Virus record (IMG/VR): IMGVR_UViG_3300038552_000393
Span: 1 to 57,111 of that record
Length of the DNA: 57,111 nt
Origin: a virus
Lineage: Duplodnaviria > Caudoviricetes
Strand: one strand, 5' to 3'
A program made the translations under genes and the position numbers. Every line of letters begins with the position of its first letter. Position 1 is the stretch's first letter. The notes under the pieces are model-generated. The model saw only the letters and a list, made by a program, of their open reading frames with translations, ran no database searches and was not told where the DNA came from. Below, in pieces: positions 1 through 9,533 of the stretch.

Positions 1-984
1 TTATTCAAATTTCAGCTTGCCCATCTCCCTGGTCCTGACCTCATCCATTACCTGTGCGTAAATCTGAGTGGTCCGGATATCGCTATGCCCCAGGATGCGC
101 TGGACCACCTGGAGAGGTATCCCGCTGCTGATCATATAGGTTGCGGCCGTGTGCCGTACCGAATGAAACCTGGCCCACCCTACGCCACAGGCCCTTGCGG
201 CCGCCTTGAAACGGTGGCTCAACGTATCCTTGTGCCACGCGCAAAACACATGCCCCAGATCACGCGCGGACCCCATAGCCTCCAGCGCGCCAGGCAGCAG
301 ATCTATTTCGCGCTCTTTGTCTCCCTTGCCAATGATCCGGGCAACGGCCCGGGGTACGCACACCATCGGCCAGGACAGCCCCAATATCTCGGAGCGCCGG
401 CATCCAGTCCACAGAGCGAATTGGATAATCCGCCACAGCTCCGGATCGCGCTCGCGTGTGTGAGCGAGTAGCGCTTGAATGGCCTCCCTTGGCAGCACAT
501 GGGGGAGGCGGGAGGCGGTCCGGAGCATTTTTATCTGAGGCACACGCTTGATATGCCACAACTGCACGGCCTCATGCAATGCGGCTTTAATATGCCGCAA
601 ATAGGTATTAACAGACACCGGCCGCATCCCGCGGGCCAGGCAAGCGGCGACGAATGATTTAACCTTTGATAAATCAAGCAGGCGCAGAGGGCACGACTCA
701 CCCACAACCGCGATCAGGGCATTGATTGCGGTCCCGTCGGCCCGCAATGTATCGGGCGATAAATGCTTACGGCCGGCCAGGTAAGCATCCCTATAGGCTG
801 ATAGGGATATGCGCTCCGCATCGTCCAATTTTTTGATACGATCCTCGACGGCCTGGCGCTTGAGAGCCGCAAAAAGAGCCCTGGCGTGGGCGGCGTCCTT
901 AGTTTTCAACGAACGCCGGACACCGCCCCCCAAATGCACGTGCCAATGGCCATTACGACGATACAACCGCATACCGACATCCAT
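1..984 (-). CDS. int: Tyrosine recombinase (phage integrase)
   Basis: Catalytic motifs TGCRRSE (R), GKGDKER (K), FHSVRH (HxxR), LGHS and TQIY (Y); N-terminal arm-binding-like segment; GGAGG about 11 nt upstream of the ATG at 984. Confidence 0.95.
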   Translation of the reverse strand: MDVGMRLYRRNGHWHVHLGGGVRRSLKTKDAAHARALFAALKRQAVEDRIKKLDDAERISLSAYRDAYLAGRKHLSPDTLRADGTAINALIAVVGESCPLRLLDLSKVKSFVAACLARGMRPVSVNTYLRHIKAALHEAVQLWHIKRVPQIKMLRTASRLPHVLPREAIQALLAHTRERDPELWRIIQFALWTGCRRSEILGLSWPMVCVPRAVARIIGKGDKEREIDLLPGALEAMGSARDLGHVFCAWHKDTLSHRFKAAARACGVGWARFHSVRHTAATYMISSGIPLQVVQRILGHSDIRTTQIYAQVMDEVRTREMGKLKFE

Positions 985-1042
985 TACCCGACAAACCTCC
1001 AAATATCAATCCCGTTTTCGATTCCGTCCAGCTAATCCCTTG

Positions 1043-1309
1043 TTATCCGTAAGGCTTGACTTCGACCAGTTTAATGTCCCCGGCTTCGCTCCGCGTAACT
1101 TGCAAATCGTATTCTGGAATTTCCATACCAATAGGCACTTCCGGGAACCGCTCGGAGATGGCTATATACTCAAACGCCGGAACCGCATACAGGAGTTCGC
1201 ATCGCACAGGCACGATCTTTAGCAGCGCAAATAACTCTGCGACACGCTCCGGTTCTTGCTCTACAAAATGCACCCTGATTCTAAATTTACCGAGATTTCT
1301 ATTTGTCAC
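1043..1309 (-). CDS. Hypothetical phage protein
   Basis: ORF with AGGAGG RBS before GTG at 1309, in the same operon as int. Confidence 0.65.
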   Translation of the reverse strand: MTNRNLGKFRIRVHFVEQEPERVAELFALLKIVPVRCELLYAVPAFEYIAISERFPEVPIGMEIPEYDLQVTRSEAGDIKLVEVKPYG

Positions 1310-1322
1310 TCTTTCCTCCTTG

Positions 1323-1544
1323 TTATGAATCCTTTCTGTGAAAATCCGGATAACCGGCAGGGTGGCGTTTCCGCTTATATTCCCCACCAAAATACCAATC
1401 CATGCTTGGCAACCGATACGCTATATCCAGGATGGTTGAGCACACATAGTGGATAGTTGCCAGCGATCCAGCGCATGCGGCCAACAGTATTTCAAACAAC
1501 CCCGCCGGCACAAACAGAAGCCATCGCAATTCTTTCATAACCAT
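1323..1544 (-). CDS. Small hypothetical membrane protein
   Basis: 73-aa ORF with hydrophobic N-terminal half, tightly packed in the operon. Confidence 0.5.
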   Translation of the reverse strand: MVMKELRWLLFVPAGLFEILLAACAGSLATIHYVCSTILDIAYRLPSMDWYFGGEYKRKRHPAGYPDFHRKDS

Positions 1545-1739
1545 TCACTCCAACGGACACGCAAGGAGGTGTCTGGTGATTTCAACATTGCTGGTCACAA
1601 CCTCACACGGAACTCCGTCAAGTAATAAACCCCATAATTCCCCGCGAGTTTTAGGGCGGGCATAACCAGTAGCTTCACAGCCGACCGCCGGAACGCTGGC
1701 GGTTTTATCACAGTTCGTGGCTTCGGTATTGCCTTTCAT
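1545..1739 (-). CDS. Hypothetical protein
   Basis: AAGGAG RBS before ATG at 1739; abuts the downstream ORF. Confidence 0.45.
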   Translation of the reverse strand: MKGNTEATNCDKTASVPAVGCEATGYARPKTRGELWGLLLDGVPCEVVTSNVEITRHLLACPLE

Positions 1740-1787
1740 TATTTGGGTCTCCTTGCCGCCTATCCGGCGGCGGGTGAACAATTATCG

Positions 1788-2528
1788 TTAGAAAGCGCTT
1801 AGCGCATAGAATACATTTCGTACCACGATTGGTACTTGGCCATTTCCAACGGCCTTAAGTCGCTCCACATTATTGGCCACCCCATTACCGCTTCCTGCAT
1901 TTCTGGACACGGTTTCCATCCAGTCTGCAAGCAGCGCTCTATGGTGCCTTTCCGGTAACGTCCTCGGCCAATGGTGCTGGTGCTGAATCCCCAACCATGA
2001 CGAGACATGGCAGCCGTTGGGGTAGGCCAAAACGAACACTCTTTTCCGTGTTTGTGGTGCACCGAACATGCACGCCGAAAACACGTCCCAGACAGCATCA
2101 TACCCGATCTCGGCCAGGCCCCTGAGAATATGGCCAAAGTATTCGTGATTAAGGAGATTTGCGGAGTTCTCCAAAAGCACTCCCCGGGGACGGACAAGGC
2201 GAATGCATTCAAGCGTTTCCGGCCAGCGGTTTTGTTCGTCGTCTGCACCAAGCCCTTTCCCGGCCACGGAGAAGGGCTGGCAGGGGAAGCCGGCGGTAAG
2301 GACATCAACCATTCCCGAATATGCGCTGGCGTACCCGCCAGCAATGAATGCTCCGATATCGCCAAAGATGGGGGCGTCATCGAGGAGACCATCGATAATT
2401 CGCTGTTTGATAACTCGCTGACAGTATTCATTTCGCTCCACGTATCCGATATGACGGAACCCAAGAAGCTTGGTACCCAGAAGTCCGCCGCCGGAGCCCG
2501 TAAAAAGGCTTAATTCAAAATGTTTCAC
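1788..2528 (-). CDS. Orphan DNA (cytosine-5) methyltransferase
   Basis: Motif I SLFTGSGGG, motif IV AGFPCQPFS, motif VI LLENS, motif VIII APQTRKRVF, motif X AVGNG. Confidence 0.93.
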   Translation of the reverse strand: MKHFELSLFTGSGGGLLGTKLLGFRHIGYVERNEYCQRVIKQRIIDGLLDDAPIFGDIGAFIAGGYASAYSGMVDVLTAGFPCQPFSVAGKGLGADDEQNRWPETLECIRLVRPRGVLLENSANLLNHEYFGHILRGLAEIGYDAVWDVFSACMFGAPQTRKRVFVLAYPNGCHVSSWLGIQHQHHWPRTLPERHHRALLADWMETVSRNAGSGNGVANNVERLKAVGNGQVPIVVRNVFYALSAF

Positions 2529-2587
2529 GCGATCTCCAACCAATCGGCTCACCAGGCGGCGGGGGGACGGCGCTGCCTTTTAACCAT

Positions 2588-2851
2588 TCAACGCCTAACA
2601 CTGGCCAATATCTCCCGCGCCTCAATCTCCACCCCACGTCCAGGATGCAGCCCCTCCCGGTACCGATCCAGAGACAACCGATCGAAAATCCAGGGCGCTC
2701 GACCGTCCGCCGGGTCCTGGTACCCCACCACAGCGCCGGCCTCGGCTAACCGGATCAACCGTTTCTGTCCGATGCTGGCATAACGCGCGGCTTCCGGCAG
2801 CCTGAGCCAGCGCGGCGTGATATCCTCAATACCCACTCTGCCACTCTCCAC
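2588..2851 (-). CDS. Excisionase-like helix-turn-helix protein
   Basis: RWLRLPEAARYASIGQKRLIRL...WIFDRLSLDRY fits the winged-HTH excisionase pattern; lies near int. Confidence 0.7.
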   Translation of the reverse strand: MESGRVGIEDITPRWLRLPEAARYASIGQKRLIRLAEAGAVVGYQDPADGRAPWIFDRLSLDRYREGLHPGRGVEIEAREILASVRR

Positions 2852-3134
2852 AATTCGGACAATATATCCCGTCCGGGGTCATATGAAACAGCTCGTTGCC
2901 GCATCCGCAGATCCAGTGCGGATCAGGCCGCTCGCAGGGATAAACAAACCTTCCCCGCAACAACCCGCACGCCGGGCATTCCAGCCACACCGTCCCCGTA
3001 GGCGCCACGGCCTCCCATTGCCGCTCGCAACTGATGCACCGGGCAGTCCCTGAAAGGCGTGTCGATTCAGTTTCTGCCGCGATCTTTTTAGCAGCGGCGG
3101 CTGCCAGATCGATTACCCTTGGGCCTGCCATCAT
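2826..3134 (-). CDS. Zinc-ribbon hypothetical protein
   Basis: Several Cys pairs (CISC, CPAC, CGC, CPNC); translationally coupled to its neighbours. Confidence 0.65.
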   Translation of the reverse strand: MMAGPRVIDLAAAAAKKIAAETESTRLSGTARCISCERQWEAVAPTGTVWLECPACGLLRGRFVYPCERPDPHWICGCGNELFHMTPDGIYCPNCGEWQSGY

Positions 3135-3469
3135 CCCTCCTCTTTAAAATGCACCAGGCCGGTGCGCTGCTTTTCCTGGCGCGTCCGACGGGCATTCTTA
3201 ATATGGTGCTCAAGGTCATATCTCAGGTGGCACCGCTGGCACCACGCCCGCAGATTGCCTGAATCGCAGTTTTCGGGATTGTGGTCCAGATGCGCAATCG
3301 TGAGCACCACGCGGCTGAACGTTACCGGGTGCGTCAGATAGTTCGCAGCCCGGCATTCGGGATACGCCGGGCTGCCCTCGCAGCAATGTCCGGCGCGCTC
3401 TAAAATCTCGGCCCGAATCTGATCCCAATTGGCCGGGTACCTGTGTTTATTCTGCGGCTTTATTGGCAC
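3131..3469 (-). CDS. HNH endonuclease-like protein
   Basis: YPANWDQIRAEILERAGHCCE...LTIAHLDHNPENC..NLRAWCQRCHLRYD, the phage HNH signature. Confidence 0.85.
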   Translation of the reverse strand: MPIKPQNKHRYPANWDQIRAEILERAGHCCEGSPAYPECRAANYLTHPVTFSRVVLTIAHLDHNPENCDSGNLRAWCQRCHLRYDLEHHIKNARRTRQEKQRTGLVHFKEEG

Positions 3470-3599
3470 GGGCACACCTCCCATCGGTCACGGACTTCGC
3501 ACCGCCGGCAAACAAAGCGCACAACACAAACCCGGCGACAAACGAGACAAACGAAGATACCACCGCCGTTACAATCGAAATCGACACGTTCAACCCCAT
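3447..3599 (-). CDS. Small single-TM membrane protein
   Basis: GGAGG RBS; hydrophobic stretch VVSSFVSFVAGFVLCALFA. Confidence 0.5.
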   Translation of the reverse strand: MGLNVSISIVTAVVSSFVSFVAGFVLCALFAGGAKSVTDGRCARANKAAE

Positions 3600-3613
3600 A
3601 GGACACCTCCCCT

Positions 3614-4390
3614 TCAAATTTTTTCTTTTACCGAACACTCTCCCGGCTCCCACACAAGGGACCGCTCAATCTTAAAATACGGCTCGCCGGCCTGGCGCTC
3701 GCCGCGCGGCGCAGCATAGGCTGCCTTGAACTTTTCGACCATGTCAGCCTCGCTGGCAGCCCTCGCAAATTCCCCGCGCACAGGCATCTGCTCAACGGGA
3801 AGATCCGGCGCTTTTTTGCGCTTGCGGCGTGGCTCGCAAAAAGGCCGTGGCTTCAAAATTGCGGGCGCGGGCGCATCGTGCGTAATGGCCACAACCGCCG
3901 CTACGGGTTTCGATTTTATTTTTTTAGCCTTCTGCGGCCGCTTTTGCTTGCGCCTGGCTGCCCGGAGCGCATTTTTACGCGCCGATTTTAAATCGGCCAA
4001 CTGCTCGGGCGCCACATGCCTGCTGATATACGCATACAACGCCTGCGACGATACACCCAGATCGGCGGCAATGACCGCGGCAGCCTCACCGCTGGCCAAA
4101 CGCCGCACAATCTCGGCGTGGCGCCCGGCCATACGGCTGGCCGGACCGCGAGGTCTCCGTGCAAACGCGAGGCGGTGGGATTTGCAAAATTGGTATACGG
4201 CGTGCTTCGACACACCCCAGCGCGCGGCGATATCGGGCACGCTGACCCCGGCCGATATCGCCTTCACAACCGCTTCTTTATCCACCATCAAGGGATGATA
4301 CTGACGGCGATCGCCGGGGTCTGCCTCAGCCGACGCTTTGATCAGCCGCAGCCCGACGGGCTTTCCACAATGCGGGCAATTCACGTTCAT
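3614..4390 (-). CDS. Tandem HTH DNA-binding protein (possible transcription regulator)
   Basis: N-terminal CPHC, two HTH-like segments (SVPDIAARWGVSKHAVY; AAVIAADLGVSSQALY), basic C-terminus. Confidence 0.7.
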   Translation of the reverse strand: MNVNCPHCGKPVGLRLIKASAEADPGDRRQYHPLMVDKEAVVKAISAGVSVPDIAARWGVSKHAVYQFCKSHRLAFARRPRGPASRMAGRHAEIVRRLASGEAAAVIAADLGVSSQALYAYISRHVAPEQLADLKSARKNALRAARRKQKRPQKAKKIKSKPVAAVVAITHDAPAPAILKPRPFCEPRRKRKKAPDLPVEQMPVRGEFARAASEADMVEKFKAAYAAPRGERQAGEPYFKIERSLVWEPGECSVKEKI

Positions 4391-4393
4391 CGC

Positions 4394-4666
4394 TCAATCC
4401 TCGATTTCATCAATATGGTATACAGGGCTTCCGCCGATATCGCGGGCCGAGACCGTGGCGACGGCCTCGAACAAGGCAAAATCGTTATACGGATACTTTT
4501 CTTTCAGCCGCAGCATCTCGGATTCCGCGCGCGCCCGATCCTGGTAATAAATACGAGATCGATACTCGCTCATCATGCGCCGGCAACCGGCTGGCACAGT
4601 GTGCAACAGGCTGCCGTCATCCTCCATCCCGTCCAAATTGGCGATAGTCCAATACTTCATAACCAC
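4394..4666 (-). CDS. Hypothetical protein
   Basis: 90-aa ORF with AGGAGG RBS directly downstream of the primase. Confidence 0.6.
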   Translation of the reverse strand: MVMKYWTIANLDGMEDDGSLLHTVPAGCRRMMSEYRSRIYYQDRARAESEMLRLKEKYPYNDFALFEAVATVSARDIGGSPVYHIDEIED

Positions 4667-4677
4667 CCCCTCCTGCG

Positions 4678-7344
4678 CTAATCTGTCAGCGCCGTCTCCA
4701 GCGCCTTCAAAATTTTATCCCGTCTCCGCGCCCCGTCCGGAGCCGGATCTGGTTGCTCCAGGGACATAATCACCCGCACGCCCAAAAAATGCGGCAGCCG
4801 CCGCTCGCCGATGGGTTTTTTCTTGATGTGAGGAAAATTCATCATTAGCTGATCGTAAAATTTATTGCGCGACAACGGCCGGTTGCCGCCACTGTGGCAC
4901 CAGCGCTTATAGGCATCGTAGGTCGTCTGAGGGTGAGATGTATAATCGGCGTCACCGGCCGGCCCCATCTCCAGGCATTCGTCCACAAAGGACAGCAATG
5001 GATACAACCCCTGCAGCCATTTGCGTTTTTCGTCGGCCACCTGCTGCGGCATGGCAAACCCGTCGTGGGCCAGCAACTCCTGCAGGCCCAGCAGAGACCA
5101 GAAAAAAATGCCGTCCCGCTCGGCCTGCAGCTTGGCCGACAGGCATGGATCCATTTCGTCCTCCTCGAAACGGCGCGGAAAATCCAAAATAATGATACGC
5201 CGCTCAAACCCATACGATTTGTCGGGGATAACGGGCGTGTCGTTCATCGCCATCACAAACTTGGCATACGGCCGAAACTGATACGGCTCACCGTATTTGC
5301 GCTCGGCCTTGATCGGGTCGCCGGCCACGGCGGCCTTGAATATCTCAGTGGAAAGCGGATCGCGCGACGATGTTTCGGTGGCGATATTGACCAGCTTGTT
5401 TTGCAGAAATTGGGTGTTAAACCGTTGCCCCAGGTCGCCAATGGACAGCGTCGATACGTTATCCCGGCCCACGACATCCTCCAGCACCCCCATGGCCGTA
5501 CTTTTGCCGTTGGCGCCCGTGCCGTACAAAAACAGCGCCTTGTCGTAGCGGCAGTCGGCCAGCAGACAGTATCCGAAAAACTGCTGCAATACCGTCTGCT
5601 TAGGAAATCCGGTGCCCTTTTTGATGTTCTCCTCATTGCCATCGTCCGGGAAAATTTCCAGCAGAAACCGTGCCCAGCGGTCCCACAGGGAATCCGGATT
5701 AAACGTGCAGGGCACCTGCACCCGGCTGCCGTACCGGGGGTCATGGGGTAACAGGCAATCCTCGATATTGTCGCGCAGCCGCGTCAGATCGATCATGCCG
5801 GAGACACAATTAATATACCCCTGGCAGTCCTCCCACTGATGGGCCTCCTTGTTAATATGGCCTACCAAGAGCCTGATCCCGCGTTCGACAAACTCCGGCT
5901 CGCCCAGTACATCCATGGCCCGCACACCGGCGGCATAGATCGCCGAGCGCGGAAACACCCGCCACACCCCCGCATCGTAGCGGTAAAACTCGCCATCCGT
6001 GTAAACCAGCGGGCAAAAAAGCTGGTAAAGGTAGTTGGCCATATACAACGGCACGAATTTCGGCCGGCCCTTGGTGCCGGGCTCGAAAAACACCATGGGA
6101 TCGACCGTTTCCGGCGCCGGGCTGGGAACATCCGGGTGATTCTCGGACTGTTCGATGCGGCAGGTGCGCACCGGGTTCTCGTCGTGGCGCTGCCGCCAAT
6201 TCGGATCATAGCCCTCGCAAAACGGGGCCAGGCTATCGGAGCCCGAGATCTGATGCTTGGCGTCCTTCCAGGTCTTTCCCCGGCACGAATCGTGAAAACA
6301 CTGGTAGGTCATATACGGCCGGTTCGGACCTTGCCAGATACCGGCCTCCTTTTCGTGGGATGGATCGAAAACGCAGTGCGCCAGGCAATACAATATGCCG
6401 TTATCGCGGCTTTTTTCCTTGATCACCTCGACCCCGTAGTGATCGAGGTATGCCCGCATATTCATCGGCCCCAGCTTGGAGCCCGTTTTTTTGGCTGGCA
6501 CGGCAGCGCGGCCGAGGGTTGAGGACGGGCCCGGCGTCGGATGGGCGCCGACCGGCGGCGATGGGTGCTTGCCTTCGTCGGCCGGCGCCAGGTCCGCCAG
6601 CTTTTTTATACTGTCGATGCCCGTCACCGACACCTCGGACAGCGTTTGCGGACCGCCCGGCATCAGGGCCGATTGCCGATGGGGGCGGTTGGACGTGGAA
6701 TCCCCCTTGCGCGCCATCGTACCGTACAATTTACAGATCCGGGCCGGGTTGAAGGTCGTTTCGTCCACCTTGATCTTTGTGTCGTCGGCCGGAAATCGAT
6801 GCGCCAGCGCCTTTAAACACCTCCGGATCAATTCCCGGTTATCGTCGCTGGGCGCAAGGTCGGGCAGCCGGTATAAAAGGTGGAATCCATTGCCGCTCTT
6901 GGCCCGGATCGCACGGGAAAACCCCATCTCGCCTTCCAGCCACCCGACAATCGCCTGGGCCGTCGTGCGCGCCTTTGCCAACTCGGTGTCGCTGGCCGAT
7001 ATCTCGGCCGGCCGCTGCGGGTCCAGGTCCACGTACAACCAGCGCAGACACACGATATCCTTGTCGGCCGTCGTGCTCTTGGGAGAGGCCTTCAGCCGGT
7101 TGGCCGCGCGCGCCACGAGATCCGGGTTGACCGGATTGAGCGTAAAATAGACCCCCTTGGCGCCCGCGGCGTCCACCGCGTCCGCGCATCGGGCAAAATC
7201 GGCCGCGTTATCGAAATAACCCGATACGGTGCCGTTACCCCCGCAAAATCCGGCCCATGCCGGAGATGTGCGCTTGCAGCCGATGGCCCGAATCTCCGCC
7301 GCCTCGCCGGGGGCAAAGAACAGCTCGAAAACTGGTTCCGTCAT
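4678..7344 (-). CDS. Primase-helicase, P4/D5 family (N-terminal primase-like domain, SF3 helicase)
   Basis: N-terminal YVDLD and SGNGFHL motifs; Cys/His zinc region (CFHDSC); Walker A GTGANGKS; D5-like C-terminal region (KAERKYG, ERRIIILDF, YDAYKRWC). Confidence 0.9.
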   Translation of the reverse strand: MTEPVFELFFAPGEAAEIRAIGCKRTSPAWAGFCGGNGTVSGYFDNAADFARCADAVDAAGAKGVYFTLNPVNPDLVARAANRLKASPKSTTADKDIVCLRWLYVDLDPQRPAEISASDTELAKARTTAQAIVGWLEGEMGFSRAIRAKSGNGFHLLYRLPDLAPSDDNRELIRRCLKALAHRFPADDTKIKVDETTFNPARICKLYGTMARKGDSTSNRPHRQSALMPGGPQTLSEVSVTGIDSIKKLADLAPADEGKHPSPPVGAHPTPGPSSTLGRAAVPAKKTGSKLGPMNMRAYLDHYGVEVIKEKSRDNGILYCLAHCVFDPSHEKEAGIWQGPNRPYMTYQCFHDSCRGKTWKDAKHQISGSDSLAPFCEGYDPNWRQRHDENPVRTCRIEQSENHPDVPSPAPETVDPMVFFEPGTKGRPKFVPLYMANYLYQLFCPLVYTDGEFYRYDAGVWRVFPRSAIYAAGVRAMDVLGEPEFVERGIRLLVGHINKEAHQWEDCQGYINCVSGMIDLTRLRDNIEDCLLPHDPRYGSRVQVPCTFNPDSLWDRWARFLLEIFPDDGNEENIKKGTGFPKQTVLQQFFGYCLLADCRYDKALFLYGTGANGKSTAMGVLEDVVGRDNVSTLSIGDLGQRFNTQFLQNKLVNIATETSSRDPLSTEIFKAAVAGDPIKAERKYGEPYQFRPYAKFVMAMNDTPVIPDKSYGFERRIIILDFPRRFEEDEMDPCLSAKLQAERDGIFFWSLLGLQELLAHDGFAMPQQVADEKRKWLQGLYPLLSFVDECLEMGPAGDADYTSHPQTTYDAYKRWCHSGGNRPLSRNKFYDQLMMNFPHIKKKPIGERRLPHFLGVRVIMSLEQPDPAPDGARRRDKILKALETALTD

Positions 7345-7547
7345 TCGCCCCCCGCTTCGAAGGATCGTTGGCATTCAATGCAGCGCCGGCAATGCGGTAC
7401 GGCCCGGCGCCGGGCCTCCGGTATCGGCTCCTCGCAATCCACGCAAATATCCGACCCGGCACCGGCCAACTCTCGACCAACCGCCAGCACGCCCATTTGG
7501 ACGCTAAAATCGGCCATCGCCTGGGCATCGTCTGCGATATCGGTCAC
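7341..7547 (-). CDS. TraR/DksA C4-type zinc-finger protein
   Basis: N-terminal DIADDA and CVDCEEPIPEARRRAVPHCRRCIECQ. Confidence 0.9.
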   Translation of the reverse strand: MTDIADDAQAMADFSVQMGVLAVGRELAGAGSDICVDCEEPIPEARRRAVPHCRRCIECQRSFEAGGE

Positions 7548-7709
7548 TGGTCGTCTCCTCGCGCCCCGAAGTTTACCTGATCAACATTGGCCCAGAATCG
7601 TTCTTTTCCAAGCCGCGCGCGCCGCTTGGCGCGCGCATAAACGCCAATGGACAATACGATCCCGAACGACATACCGGCGAAGACACCTATTATTAAACCC
7701 CAGATAAAA

Positions 7710-8600
7710 TCAGTCATTGATCACCTCCACGAATCCCGCGGCGCCCCGATGGCCGCCGCCGCCATGCCACCGGCAGAACTCGGATACGTCGATATCCTTA
7801 CTATAGAGATTATTGCGACGCCGCAGGACTCCGTCCTTCTCGCGATACTCGGTATAAAGCCAGGCCACCGCGTAACCCATGTCGTTGTTGATCAGCGCAC
7901 CCATGTCTCCCGAGGCCGGATAATTGACCCTCAAAACCTTTGCCGGCGGTTTTCCGGACTCGATGATCACGGAATCTTCGTACCCCAGCCGATTGGCAAA
8001 TACCTTCAAGCCGCCGATGCGCGTCTCGTACAAATACCGGCCGAGGTGGGCCTCGACGTATGATTCCAGGATGGGACGGTCCATTTTAAACCACCGGTCC
8101 CAGATTGGCGACGCCGGAGACGTATCCTTTTCGGCCCGGTAACACTCGTAAAAATGCCGGGCCAGGTCGCCATAGGTAAACGCCCACACATCGCGGTCGG
8201 CGATCAGGTCCACGGCGACCGGCGGCAGCAGGGCTATCTGGTCGCGGCAGTACCACCACACGGCAGCGCACGAGGCCAGCCCGTCCAGGCGCACACCGGG
8301 CAGGTTTTTAAGCACGGGATCGTCACAAAGAGAATCGATCGCGGTCCGGTGATGGTCGAACCACCACATGCGATCGGGAGAAAACAGATCCGCCAATGTG
8401 AGCATGATGCCCTTGGGAAACGAAAAATCGACGATCCACAACTGGTCGTCATCCTTGGGCAAGCCGAAGGGCGGCACCGGTTGCCCGTAGTCGATGGCAA
8501 AGTAAACGGGATCATATCCATTGTCATCGCCGTCTCTTCCGGCAATGGCCGCGGCGCACCGGCCGTCGGCATCGTTGTGATAAACGATGAATCTTTCCAT
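7710..8600 (-). CDS. DHH/DHHA1-family phosphoesterase (NrnB/oligoribonuclease-like)
   Basis: YHNDADG, VDFS, FDHH, ADRDVW and C-terminal GGGGHRGAAGF motifs. Confidence 0.9.
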   Translation of the reverse strand: MERFIVYHNDADGRCAAAIAGRDGDDNGYDPVYFAIDYGQPVPPFGLPKDDDQLWIVDFSFPKGIMLTLADLFSPDRMWWFDHHRTAIDSLCDDPVLKNLPGVRLDGLASCAAVWWYCRDQIALLPPVAVDLIADRDVWAFTYGDLARHFYECYRAEKDTSPASPIWDRWFKMDRPILESYVEAHLGRYLYETRIGGLKVFANRLGYEDSVIIESGKPPAKVLRVNYPASGDMGALINNDMGYAVAWLYTEYREKDGVLRRRNNLYSKDIDVSEFCRWHGGGGHRGAAGFVEVIND

Positions 8601-8834
8601 CTAATTCTCCTTTTTCTGATGTTTCAATCCACGCCCACGTGGGGAAGACTTTATCTGAATTTTTCTGCTCAACCACATCGGCACCACCACCCGGCCCGGC
8701 CACAGTTGTACATATTCCCGGTTGGGCAGGTTCAACGCCTTGCCGGTCTCGGCCACGCGCACAACGATCTTGCGCGCATCGATGGACAAAAGATCGCTGA
8801 TAACAATCACGTCAACCGCCCGGGTTCGCCGCAT
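8601..8834 (-). CDS. Hypothetical protein
   Basis: 77-aa ORF packed between neighbours. Confidence 0.55.
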   Translation of the reverse strand: MRRTRAVDVIVISDLLSIDARKIVVRVAETGKALNLPNREYVQLWPGRVVVPMWLSRKIQIKSSPRGRGLKHQKKEN

Positions 8835-9054
8835 CCTGTCTCTCCCGTATCAGCAGCCGGTCGAGATCGGCCGCGTGGTACAATTTTACCCGGCCGCAGA
8901 CCCGGCAACAGACCTGCCCGGACAGCCGGTCGAAGTAGGCCGGCGACATATTGCAATAAATCGCCGCCTCTTCGCGCCTCAGCCAGGGGCTGACGATCCG
9001 GGTGGTCTGCACCTGGCCCGACCGCTCTTGTTGGTGGCAGATAACCTCTCTCAT
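8812..9054 (-). CDS. Second excisionase/AlpA-like HTH protein
   Basis: PWLRREEAAIYCNMSPAYFDRL...KLYHAADLDRLL. Confidence 0.65.
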   Translation of the reverse strand: MREVICHQQERSGQVQTTRIVSPWLRREEAAIYCNMSPAYFDRLSGQVCCRVCGRVKLYHAADLDRLLIRERQDAANPGG

Positions 9055-9251
9055 TGGACCACCCTTAGTCGTTGCCGCCGGGCGCGCTTGGCATGCTTGA
9101 TCAGTGCTCGCCCGATGGCCTCCGCTACCGGGATGGGCATCACCCATTCGGCCTGAAGGTGGGAGTCACGCATCGTCACCCGGCCAAGAGCGTTATGCGA
9201 TATGCTGATCGTCGGTTGCGCGGTCTCGTTTTCCGCCGGTTTTTCGTCCAT
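9051..9251 (-). CDS. Hypothetical protein
   Basis: 66-aa ORF with ATGA overlap to the downstream gene. Confidence 0.55.
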   Translation of the reverse strand: MDEKPAENETAQPTISISHNALGRVTMRDSHLQAEWVMPIPVAEAIGRALIKHAKRARRQRLRVVQ

Positions 9252-9254
9252 TCT

Positions 9255-9533
9255 TCACCCCTTTCTTGATCGGGCTGCCAAAAGCCCTTCTTTTATCAGC
9301 AACCACGTCACGGCCCGGTAATCCAGCCGGACAGAGGCGCAGAAAAAATGATGCAACCGCTCGTCGAAAAAATAGCCGGCACCATCCTCGCCACGCCCCA
9401 AATCCTTGATCGCCGTCAGCAGGACGGCCAGGCAGAGCCGCTGCCAGGGGCTCTGCCGCATGGCCAGCCGGCTTACGCGATGTATAACTCGATGCATGGC
9501 GTCATCCCTCTTCGTCGGCATCGGCCGCGCCAT
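9255..9533 (-). CDS. Hypothetical protein
   Basis: ORF in the early operon (QRLCLAVLLTAIKDL...YFF); start uncertain. Confidence 0.55.
   Translation of the reverse strand: MARPMPTKRDDAMHRVIHRVSRLAMRQSPWQRLCLAVLLTAIKDLGRGEDGAGYFFDERLHHFFCASVRLDYRAVTWLLIKEGLLAARSRKG

Noticed and set aside
1788-3469. Restriction-modification pair (C5 MTase plus HNH)
   Set aside because: The genes are not adjacent, and both resemble common stand-alone phage early genes.
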